Shown: in pieces, positions 8,814-16,356 of the stretch
Layout: the number at the start of each line of letters is the position of its first letter
Position numbering within the stretch: the stretch's first letter is position 1
Assembly: GCA_039923455.1 (NCBI GenBank)
Contig: JBDTCS010000159.1
Location: 1-56,708 of the forward strand
Source of the DNA: Candidatus Kapaibacterium sp.
GTDB lineage: Bacteria; Bacteroidota; Ignavibacteria; Palsa-1295
Length of the DNA stretch: 56,708 bases
Reading direction: 5' to 3'
Position numbers and translations under genes: made by a program
Notes under the pieces: model-generated
What the model saw: only the letters and a program-made list of their open reading frames with translations
Database searches by the model: none
Told to the model about the DNA's origin: nothing

Positions 8814-10202
8814 TTGATGCCAAAAACCCGTAAACCCATTGTCGCATCAAGCGATATTTTCACTGATCCTGCGGCTCCGACTTCCCAACTCAGAGAAGAG
8901 ACACATTTTGCGCCTCTGGCCGAACGTCTGCGCCCGAGATCGATCGACACGATCATTGGCCAGCTACACTTGCTCGGACCCGGCAAACCACTCCGCAAAA
9001 TGGTGGAAAGCGGGAAATTGCATTCGATGGTGCTTTGGGGTCCACCTGGAACCGGTAAGACGACTATTGCAAATATTCTTGCCGGCCAGATTCAAGCTCC
9101 CTTCTATCCACTTTCGGCGGTAAGTTCGTCGGTCAAAGATCTTCGAGAGGCAATCGCTTTAGCTGAGATCGCAAATCAAACGAGCGAGAATCGGAGCGTG
9201 CTTTTCATTGACGAGATTCATCGGTTTTCGAAATCGCAACAAGATGCACTTTTGGGAGCAGTTGAAAAAGGAACTGTGACGCTGATCGGGGCAACTACAG
9301 AAAATCCCTCGTTCGAAGTCATCGCGCCACTTCTTTCGCGTGCACGAGTTTTTGTGTTGGAGTCACTCACGAAGGAAGATCTCGATACGCTACTTGATCG
9401 TGCATTGCAAGAAGATGTAGAACTTCGAGAAGCCAAGATCACGCTTGAGCCTGAAGCACGTCGCGCTATGCTCGCACTCTCCGGTGGAGACGCTCGCAAA
9501 CTTTTGAACGGACTCGAACTTGCGGCACAACTTGCTTCGATGGATGCGACGGACAAAGGCACAATCATCACGACGCAATCGATTGAAGGTGCCTTCGGCA
9601 GAAGTGCATCGCGCTATGATAAAAAAGGAGAGGAGCACTACAACATCATCAGCGCATTCATCAAGTCGATGCGCGGTTCCGATCCGAACGGTGCGATCTA
9701 TTGGCTAATGCGAATGATCGAGGCCGGTGAGGATATCGAATTCATCGCGCGACGTATGCTCATCTTTGCGAGCGAAGATATTGGCAATGCCGATCCGAAC
9801 GCGCTCTTGCTTGCGGTGAGCTGCTGGGAGTCCGTGCGTGCCGTTGGATATCCCGAGGCGAGAATTATTTTTTCGCAGGTAGTTGCGTATCTCGCGAGTG
9901 CACAAAAATCGAACGCGTCAAACGTTGGTAGTATCAAAGCAATGGAGGATGTCGCACGCGATCCGAATGCACCTGTGCCGCTGCATCTTCGCAATGCGCC
10001 GACCAAACTTATGAAGCAATTAGGTTACGGCGAGGGATACAAATACGCCCACAGCTTCGAAGGCAATTTTGTCAAAGAGGCAAATTATTTGCCCGAGGGA
10101 CTCGAAGCAAAGATCTACTACGACCCGACATCGAACGGCCGTGAAAAATTAATCCGCGAAAGGCTTGCGCACTTATGGCCGAAAAAATACGGCGACAAAT
10201 AA
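8814..10202 (+). CDS. rarA: replication-associated recombination protein A (AAA+ ATPase)
   Basis: Walker A motif WGPPGTGKTT, Walker B motif VLFIDEIHRF and a MgsA-type C-terminal region (YWLMRMIEAGEDIEFIARRM, NAPTKLMKQLGYGEGYKYAH). The first codon is TTG at 8814; an ATG at 8817 is equally possible. Confidence 0.9.
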   Translation: MMPKTRKPIVASSDIFTDPAAPTSQLREETHFAPLAERLRPRSIDTIIGQLHLLGPGKPLRKMVESGKLHSMVLWGPPGTGKTTIANILAGQIQAPFYPLSAVSSSVKDLREAIALAEIANQTSENRSVLFIDEIHRFSKSQQDALLGAVEKGTVTLIGATTENPSFEVIAPLLSRARVFVLESLTKEDLDTLLDRALQEDVELREAKITLEPEARRAMLALSGGDARKLLNGLELAAQLASMDATDKGTIITTQSIEGAFGRSASRYDKKGEEHYNIISAFIKSMRGSDPNGAIYWLMRMIEAGEDIEFIARRMLIFASEDIGNADPNALLLAVSCWESVRAVGYPEARIIFSQVVAYLASAQKSNASNVGSIKAMEDVARDPNAPVPLHLRNAPTKLMKQLGYGEGYKYAHSFEGNFVKEANYLPEGLEAKIYYDPTSNGREKLIRERLAHLWPKKYGDK

Positions 10203-10214
10203 TTACGCAAACGC

Positions 10215-11585
10215 TTAGGCTATCGATGCCTGCGCAAATTCCAAAAGCGTATCAGCCTCTGCGGCAGTTGGTGCTTCGGCGATTAATCGAATGATTGGCT
10301 CGGTGTTTGATGAGCGGGCATGCAGCCACGAATGCGCGAACTCAAATCGCAAGCCATCTTCACGATTCACACTCGTCGATTTTCCAGCGAGGCTCGCTTC
10401 CAGCTTTTCGAGAATGATTCGAATCTGATCCTGACTTTCGGAGTCAATCTTTGATTTACGAATCGTGTATTGCGGCAGAGCCCGTTTCTTCTCCGAAATC
10501 GTACCCGGACATTCTGCCAGTGCCGAAAGTGCAAGCGCAACGCCGACGAGCGAGTCTCTGCCGTAATGCACACTCGGAAGTATCACGCCACCACTTCCCT
10601 CACCACCGATCACAGCGCCGATCGACTTCATTCGCTTCGATACATTGATCTCTCCGACCGGAGTGCGAATCACCTCTGAACCAAAAAGCGCCGCAACATC
10701 TTCGACCGCACGAGTGGTCGAGAGATTCACAACAACACGCTGCCCCTCATCCAAATGTTTGAGCACTTGCTCGACCGCAAGCACAATTGTATTCTCTTCG
10801 ATGAAGGGCTCGCCATTCTCCATGATCAGCACAAGCCTATCCGCGTCCGGATCGACGGCGATCCCAAAATCGGCTTTGTGCTTGATGACCGCTTCCGACA
10901 ATCCCGTAAGATGTCCCGGTACAGGCTCCGGCTTGTGCGGAAAGATACCGGAGGCATCACACGCGAGCTCGATGATCTCCTCGACCCCAAGCGCACGAAG
11001 CAATCGGGGAATAATTATTGAACCACTCGCATTGACAGCATCGACAACGACACGAAATTTGCGTGCACGAATGCGCTCCAATGCAAGAAAAGGAATCGTG
11101 AGCACCAACTCCAGATGTTGCTCGATGCTCGCGCTTCCATCGAGCAAATTTCCGAACGATTCGATCGGCACGGTGCGACTGCCGACACCATCGACTAGGT
11201 CCCACAGTGCATGATTTTCATCCGCGTCAAGAAAAAGACCGGTGCCGGCAATAAACTTCATGCCGTTCCATTGACTCGGATTATGACTTGCCGTGATTGC
11301 AATGCCACCGACAACTCCCTCGCCATGTTCAGCCGCCATCTGCACTGTTGGTGTAGGCACGACACCGAGCATCATCACATCACATCCCGCAGAGCGAATG
11401 GCTTCGGCAGCACATTTGTAAAAGAGATCACCACCTTTGCGTCCATCGTATCCAAGTGCGATCGCACCCTGATTGCCAAGATAGGATGCGAACAAACTTG
11501 CATACCGCGAAACAACTTCGCACGAAAGTCCGCTCGCGTCAATGCCAACCGTACCACGCAAACCGGAAATACTTCGAATGAGCAA
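10215..11585 (-). CDS. glmM: phosphoglucosamine mutase (alpha-D-phosphohexomutase family)
   Basis: N-terminal MLIRSISGLRGTVG, active-site loop ITASHNPSQWNGMKF, metal loop AVDPDADR and a C-terminal SNTEP motif. Confidence 0.85.
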   Translation of the reverse strand: MLIRSISGLRGTVGIDASGLSCEVVSRYASLFASYLGNQGAIALGYDGRKGGDLFYKCAAEAIRSAGCDVMMLGVVPTPTVQMAAEHGEGVVGGIAITASHNPSQWNGMKFIAGTGLFLDADENHALWDLVDGVGSRTVPIESFGNLLDGSASIEQHLELVLTIPFLALERIRARKFRVVVDAVNASGSIIIPRLLRALGVEEIIELACDASGIFPHKPEPVPGHLTGLSEAVIKHKADFGIAVDPDADRLVLIMENGEPFIEENTIVLAVEQVLKHLDEGQRVVVNLSTTRAVEDVAALFGSEVIRTPVGEINVSKRMKSIGAVIGGEGSGGVILPSVHYGRDSLVGVALALSALAECPGTISEKKRALPQYTIRKSKIDSESQDQIRIILEKLEASLAGKSTSVNREDGLRFEFAHSWLHARSSNTEPIIRLIAEAPTAAEADTLLEFAQASIA

Positions 11586-11610
11586 TGTGTGTGTTTGAGG
11601 TAATTAAATT

Positions 11611-12459
11611 CTATTCGGATGGATCGATCGCTTCGCGTTTCACGACCCATGATTCTTTGAACACGACTTGTCTGGCTTCGGGCAACGCACGTCCTAAAAA
11701 TCGCTCGCCGACACGTTGAAACTTGCGTGGAACGTCACTTACAAGAATTGTATGCTTAGGCTCCGTGGTGTTTGTCATCGAATGTTTGTCGAGCATCGTC
11801 TCCACTTTCCGAGCAGCGACAGCACCCGAATTAATCAGCGTGACGGACGAACCCATCACGCGCTGAATGATATTAGCAAGCACGGGATAATGTGTACAAC
11901 CAAGTATAAGCGTATCGACTCCGCTCTCACGCAATACCGATAAATATTCCTGCGCGATAAGCTCCGTCGCTGCATGATCCGTCCATCCCTCTTCGGCGAG
12001 CGGTACAAAAAGCGGACACGCGGCAACGTATGTTGTGATCTGCTTCGATTGACGCTTTGCTTCGATCGCGAGTGCGACTTCATACGCACCACTCGCAATC
12101 GTCGCTTCCGTACCGATGATACCAATGACTCCTCGCGAGAGCGTGACGGCCTCTTTAGCACACGGCTCGATCATTCCGATCACCGGAATTCCAGCAGCAG
12201 CCTCTATCACTTCATTCAAAGCTATCGCACTCACCGTGTTACATGCAATCACAATCATCTTCACATCATGCGAGAGCAGCAACTCCGTATCTTCTTTCGC
12301 ATAACGTTGGACGGTCTCGACAGACTTCGAACCATACGGTACACGCGCTGTATCGCCGAAATATACGAGTCGCTCGTGCGGTACGGTATGCAACAGCTCC
12401 CGGACAACCGTTAGGCCGCCGATACCTGAATCGAAAACACCTATCGCCTGTGCGCTCAT
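11611..12459 (-). CDS. murI: glutamate racemase
   Basis: Motifs VFDSGIGGLTV, IACNT (catalytic Cys 1) and GCTHYP (catalytic Cys 2). Confidence 0.92.
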   Translation of the reverse strand: MSAQAIGVFDSGIGGLTVVRELLHTVPHERLVYFGDTARVPYGSKSVETVQRYAKEDTELLLSHDVKMIVIACNTVSAIALNEVIEAAAGIPVIGMIEPCAKEAVTLSRGVIGIIGTEATIASGAYEVALAIEAKRQSKQITTYVAACPLFVPLAEEGWTDHAATELIAQEYLSVLRESGVDTLILGCTHYPVLANIIQRVMGSSVTLINSGAVAARKVETMLDKHSMTNTTEPKHTILVSDVPRKFQRVGERFLGRALPEARQVVFKESWVVKREAIDPSE

Positions 12460-12518
12460 CAGACTCTGTTAGTTCAGACTCTCTGGTTTCAGACTCTCTG
12501 GTTTCAGACTCCGTTAGT
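12459..12518. repeat. 4 x 15-bp tandem repeat filling the spacer upstream of murI
   Basis: Units are tcagactctgttagt / tcagactctctggtt / tcagactctctggtt / tcagactccgttagt. The array starts at the last base of the murI start codon (CAT 12457-12459) and ends 12 nt from the upstream gene's stop. Confidence 0.9.
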
Positions 12519-12529
12519 GATGGCTCGCA

Positions 12530-13258
12530 CTATCGCGTTGGTGGCGGTGGTGTTGGTTGGGCCTCGATCGTATTGGGATGTTCACCGGGCAGGCCATGTG
12601 GCCCATGCATCGGTGCACCCGGAGGTGTCATTGGTGCGCCGGGAGGTGTCATTGGTCGCTGCATCGGTGTGATTACAATGCCGACTGCGCGATGGATGTA
12701 TTGATCGAGTTCCAGATTTGCACTCATCAGTTTCGGTTGCACTTCGAGAATATGTTTACCGGCCGGTGTCGAGACAAACGCGAGATACGCCTTCACCTCC
12801 TCGGCAGAAAGATTTGCGCGATAGGTACGATAAATCGTTTCACGATCGGCATTCGTATCGAGTTCTTTCATCACTTTGCCGTAAGCCTCCGCCGAGTCGA
12901 TGCCGCGCGCTTTGAACATCCGCGAAAGTTGCTTGAATTGTTTATCTACCCGCTCACGGATCGACATCGTAGGCTTCAGGTGCACATACAGTTTCGGAAA
13001 AAGTGCATCGAAGGCGGCGCTATCGGCATAGTGCTTAGCGAGCACCGGCTGACTTGGATTCAGGAGCGCTCTCCCAGGCACGTGTGGATTGCCGTCCGGC
13101 CCCGGTGGAAGAGGCGGCGGTTCCATCGGTCGCACGACCGCTCCGGATCTTTCCTGAGCCATTGCAGCAGTTGAGAGCAGCATGGAATACGTTAATAAAA
13201 GCCCACAAGCCGAAAGAAAAGAGATTCGCAGCAGATTGTTTTTCAAGATCGCTCGCAT
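12530..13258 (-). CDS. DUF2059-like secreted protein with Pro-rich C-terminus
   Basis: The signal peptide starts at the Met at 13258 (MRAILKNNLLRISFLSACGLLLTYSMLLSTAAMAQE). Core YRANLSAEEVKAYLAFVSTPAGKHIL resembles DUF2059. An in-frame 21-bp duplication (12612-12653) encodes PMTPPGA twice. The ORF track extends to 13408, but that extension is not signal-peptide-like. Confidence 0.65.
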   Translation of the reverse strand: MRAILKNNLLRISFLSACGLLLTYSMLLSTAAMAQERSGAVVRPMEPPPLPPGPDGNPHVPGRALLNPSQPVLAKHYADSAAFDALFPKLYVHLKPTMSIRERVDKQFKQLSRMFKARGIDSAEAYGKVMKELDTNADRETIYRTYRANLSAEEVKAYLAFVSTPAGKHILEVQPKLMSANLELDQYIHRAVGIVITPMQRPMTPPGAPMTPPGAPMHGPHGLPGEHPNTIEAQPTPPPPTR

Positions 13259-13427
13259 GTATACGTAAAGATTGGCAAATGCAGTAGTAGAAAATACGGA
13301 CGCACTACTCGACCACCCTGAACCCAGGCGTCGAGTACTGAGAACATCGAAGCGAGCCTGAATTATCCCGCCTCTACAGTAAACAAAAAAAATTGGCTTC
13401 ACGAGCATTCCGAATTCGACCGGGTGA

Positions 13428-14132
13428 TCAACCGGGAATTCCGCCTTCGTCGCTCAGCGATCGCCACTGGCCGCTCGAGAAAACCTCGAACTTTGTGATG
13501 GGATGGATCTCCCATTGTGTGCCACGAGATTTTTCGACTTCACTCGCATGCTCTTCGTCCCAGAGCAACCAACCCGTGACTCGCACTCGGGCATGTGTTC
13601 TCGAGAGCGCCGTGAGATAACGCAAACGCCACTCCGGATGTATCGCCTTCCAGCGTGGCGTCATCTCAACTATTACAGAACTCGCTTTTTCATCACCCGC
13701 GGCATCGCTAATCCAAATATGAAAATCTCGAAGAGAATCGACGTATCCGTTCGCACTCTCCAGTCCCGATTCCTTCGCACGCACTAAAAATCCATCCAGG
13801 ATGACACCCTGACTCTCGACCTTCTCCGCGTAACTTGTTGCACTACCGGACCATTTGTCTCGATTTCGTCGGCCTTCGGCGTCAAGCACATCGTGCGGCA
13901 AGCCGATGATCTCCTGCACCGTCATTTGCTTAACGGTCGTGGGCGCAGTATTCCGATTCTTTTGCGCGTTCAGTAATGGGTCACCACCTTTGCCTTCGCG
14001 TGGAATGCCTTGCAACACTTCCGGCGCCATCGACGAATCCGCGCGATTCGGTGTCGGCGATGCACCGAAAAATTTGATCGCAACGATTATCAGTGCGATG
14101 ACCAGCAGAATGACCGCCGCCATCCCGGACAT
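13428..14132 (-). CDS. membrane-anchored hypothetical protein
   Basis: A likely start at the Met at 14132 gives an N-terminal TM anchor (MSGMAAVILLVIALIIVAIKFF). The C-terminal ~130 aa has a distinctive His/Trp pattern (DFHIWISD, VEMTPRW, VTGWLLWDEEH, TQWEIHP). No family recognised. The ORF track extends to 14276. Confidence 0.6.
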   Translation of the reverse strand: MSGMAAVILLVIALIIVAIKFFGASPTPNRADSSMAPEVLQGIPREGKGGDPLLNAQKNRNTAPTTVKQMTVQEIIGLPHDVLDAEGRRNRDKWSGSATSYAEKVESQGVILDGFLVRAKESGLESANGYVDSLRDFHIWISDAAGDEKASSVIVEMTPRWKAIHPEWRLRYLTALSRTHARVRVTGWLLWDEEHASEVEKSRGTQWEIHPITKFEVFSSGQWRSLSDEGGIPG

Positions 14133-14243
14133 TCCGCGAACCTTCCGATTATTATTTTGCTGTTTCAAGAATTGAATGTTCCGCGATTCGTAGTGGTTAA
14201 TACTTTGCAACGAGCGGGCGATACGATACAAGCTACAAATTCT

Positions 14244-14495
14244 GTGAAGCGTTCTTCTACTCCGAAATACTATCAAATACCCGACGTTCGAGATGGCTTA
14301 ACGCAGCTCGAACGTACGATACTCTTTGTCCTCCATCGCTTAAAGACTGAGTACGGATCACGTCACGTGCCGACGGCACTCGTCTTCGGAAGAGTCGTAG
14401 AGTTGCTGGATGTCTCAAGAGAAGAATTTACCAGCGCACTCAGCGAAGCTCAGCGCAAGGCTCCGACGCAGCGCTCACTGGAGGATACGGACTAA
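14244..14495 (+). CDS. possible mini-protein resembling the GyrA N-terminal winged-helix start (or gene relic)
   Basis: Reading from GTG at 14244 gives VKRSSTPKYYQIPDVRDGLTQLERTILFVLHRL...TALVFGRVVELLDVS. PDVRDGL-x3-R-x-IL-F matches the GyrA hallmark ([19 protein letters not shown]). There is no in-frame ATG outside the overlap with the neighbouring gene. Alternative starts are GTG at 14193 and TTG at 14205. Coding status is uncertain. Confidence 0.35.
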   Translation: MKRSSTPKYYQIPDVRDGLTQLERTILFVLHRLKTEYGSRHVPTALVFGRVVELLDVSREEFTSALSEAQRKAPTQRSLEDTD

Positions 14496-14530
14496 AAGTT
14501 AATCTGTCTGCTGCTTAGTCGGTTACTGTG

Positions 14531-14695
14531 TCAGTGCCAATCGACCATAATGCAAAACGCGAGAAATAAGAACATCAGCATCACCCAGATGCCAATTCCG
14601 AAGTAAAGTAGTTTACGAAAATTTCGAGCCCCTTGCGAAATTGGCGGTGGCGTTACGGGTGCAGGTGTGATTAACGGGAGCGGAGTCTGAACCAT
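14531..14695 (-). CDS. Pro-rich single-pass membrane microprotein downstream of coxIV
   Basis: 54 aa from the Met at 14695: MVQTPLPLITPAPVTPPPISQGARNFRKLLYFGIGIWVMLMFLFLAFCIMVDWH, with one clear TM helix. It is on the same strand as the oxidase subunit IV gene and 72 nt downstream of it. Confidence 0.4.
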   Translation of the reverse strand: MVQTPLPLITPAPVTPPPISQGARNFRKLLYFGIGIWVMLMFLFLAFCIMVDWH

Positions 14696-14767
14696 AGTGA
14701 TACGTTCTGGGTGGGGAAAGCGTGCATCAAGAATTGCGCTCTCCCTCACCACAATCGGAATGCATTT

Positions 14768-15073
14768 CTAAAAAAGCCAGTGCGGTTGAAACGCCCACTC
14801 GGCCGAGAGCACCGTGATGAGAATGCTCGCTATGATCAGCGGCACATACGCGATGATGCTCAGGAATTTGGAATCGTACTTTAGATGCATGAAGTACTGC
14901 GCGACGAGCCCAGCCTTTATCAGCGCGAGCGCGACTAGCAGGATAACCATCGGTATATGCGGCATTCCGACCTGTGCAACAACTACCTCGATCGCCGTGA
15001 GAACGATCAATGCAATGAACACCGCCATATAATTCGGATGCGCGTGCTTACCTGCTTCTGTGTGATCTGCCAT
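14768..15073 (-). CDS. cytochrome c oxidase subunit IV (prokaryotic CoxIV/CtaF family)
   Basis: 101 aa with 3 TM helices. The N-terminal HAHPNYMAVFIALIVLTAIEV motif is typical of the bacterial aa3/caa3 subunit IV family. It lies directly after the subunit III gene. Confidence 0.8.
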   Translation of the reverse strand: MADHTEAGKHAHPNYMAVFIALIVLTAIEVVVAQVGMPHIPMVILLVALALIKAGLVAQYFMHLKYDSKFLSIIAYVPLIIASILITVLSAEWAFQPHWLF

Positions 15074-15093
15074 TGGTTGAATCGGTTCTAAAT

Positions 15094-15138
15094 GCTAAAC
15101 TATGAAGTCCTAAACTATGAAGTCCTAAACTTTGAATA
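15094..15138. repeat. about 3 x 15-bp tandem repeat in the coxIII-coxIV spacer
   Basis: Units are ctaaactatgaagtc / ctaaactatgaagtc / ctaaactttgaatat (degenerate). They lie inside the 92-nt spacer between the coxIII stop and the coxIV start. Confidence 0.85.
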
Positions 15139-15165
15139 TAAAACTCTAAGTGTACGTCGGTTTCG

Positions 15166-16065
15166 TCAGATCAGATAGACGAGCGTGAAGAGAATAATCC
15201 AGACGAGATCGACAAAATGCCAATAGAGTCCGGCTACTTCGACTAAATCCGATAGTGCGCGATTTTTGAGCAGCCACCTCACTCCGCCAAAGATCGCCAA
15301 AAGCGTGATACCATAAAGCGATGCGACGATCGAGGCCGTAAGTGCATCAAGTCCGAAGAATGCAAGGATGGCAGCGCGCAATCCGAACGCCAAACCTATC
15401 GCGATCGCGACCATCAGCACATCTACCTTCCGGTTCACTTTCGTACCCACACCGCCTGCAATCGCTAGCGCGGAGAGATAGACAACGCCCGCAAGGACGT
15501 GCATTCCGTGAAATCCCGTTAGAATAAAAAATGTCGCATCGAAGAGGCTCGTCGGCATCTTCATGTGCTCAATGTGGATCAGTTTGTTGTACTCCGTGAA
15601 CTGGATCCCCATAAAAATCGCACCGCCGATCGCGGTGGCAGCAAGCCACTTCAGCATCGTAGCCTTATTACCATCTTTGATCGCCTTCAACGCTTGCACC
15701 ATCGTGACGCTGGAGCAGATCAGGATGAACGTGTTGACGGCAGTCAGATTGATGTTCAGTGGGTTCGGCTCGATACCCGCTGCAGGATGTAGAGCTCCCG
15801 GCGAAGGCCAGAGCGCTCCGGCACCGATGCGCACCGAAAGATAGGCCGCAAATAAACCGAAGAATGCAAGCGCATCCTGGCAGAGGAAAAGCCACATGAA
15901 TACCTTTCCGCTCCATACGCCCGTGCTCGTTTGGGTGGCAGGGTGATCGAAGGATTCGCTGTTATGGCTGACGCCCGCGTCTGTCTGTAATGCTAACTCT
16001 GACACTTCAATTTTGGCAGTTTTAGTGGATATTCGGAACCGCTCGTTTAGAAAAATGTGCTGCAC
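15166..16065 (-). CDS. cytochrome c oxidase subunit III
   Basis: Multi-TM protein with subunit III motifs (VFMWLFLCQDALAFFGLFAAY, LTGFHGMHVLAGVVYL, YWHFVDLVWIILFTLVYLI). The start is GTG at 16065, and an internal GTG start is possible. Confidence 0.85.
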   Translation of the reverse strand: MQHIFLNERFRISTKTAKIEVSELALQTDAGVSHNSESFDHPATQTSTGVWSGKVFMWLFLCQDALAFFGLFAAYLSVRIGAGALWPSPGALHPAAGIEPNPLNINLTAVNTFILICSSVTMVQALKAIKDGNKATMLKWLAATAIGGAIFMGIQFTEYNKLIHIEHMKMPTSLFDATFFILTGFHGMHVLAGVVYLSALAIAGGVGTKVNRKVDVLMVAIAIGLAFGLRAAILAFFGLDALTASIVASLYGITLLAIFGGVRWLLKNRALSDLVEVAGLYWHFVDLVWIILFTLVYLI

Positions 16066-16322
16066 AACGCCTTTCGGCTCGGAAAGGCATTTGCAAATAT
16101 AACACTTTGATTAGCCTTGCGCCAGCACTTTGAATTGCCTAGTGCTCGGGGGAGAAAATTTATTGAGCGTGAGCCGAGGAGTGCGAGCGCCCTACAAAAG
16201 GATATATCGTGGGCGGAACTGCGAGACTAAAGTGTCTCCAGTGTTTGTGAAACTGTATATCTCTAAAATTCTGCCATCCGCAATCTGGTCGTGTGCCCCG
16301 ATGAGAATATGTCATGTAGGTA

Positions 16323-16348
16323 GGAGGATCTCCGAATGGAGATCCTCC
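16323..16348 (-). terminator. stem-loop immediately after the 1301-aa gene (putative terminator, no U-tract)
   Basis: Perfect 11-bp stem ggaggatctcc / ggagatcctcc with a 4-nt loop, 9 nt downstream of the stop at 16357. No T-run follows on either strand. Confidence 0.45.
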
Positions 16349-16356
16349 AAACACTA

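Noticed and set aside
10645-11214. Long antisense ORFs inside confident genes
   Set aside because: Examples are 10645-11214 in glmM, 45416-45958 in the recombinase gene, 48151-48756 in topA, 31739-32347 in the M16 gene, 53756-54331 in the S8 gene, and 1027-1473 and 2984-3400. Each lies opposite a gene with clear family motifs. Their products are Arg/Ser/Cys-rich with no motifs, as expected for mirror frames of mid-GC coding DNA. No support for overlapping genes.
14010-14243. N-terminal 78 codons of the 161-aa track ORF
   Set aside because: This part overlaps the start of the divergent membrane-protein gene and translates to Arg/His/Cys-rich junk (MQHFRRHRRIRAIRCRRC...). Only the part from about 14193-14244 onward has protein-like sequence and the GyrA-like motif.
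16066-16356. ORFs 16130-16423 (+) and 16160-16354 (-) in the spacer upstream of coxIII, and ORFs 1890-2096 / 1905-2090 upstream of the HU gene
   Set aside because: These are short mutually overlapping frames with no motifs and junk-like composition. The regions are better explained as promoter and leader DNA.
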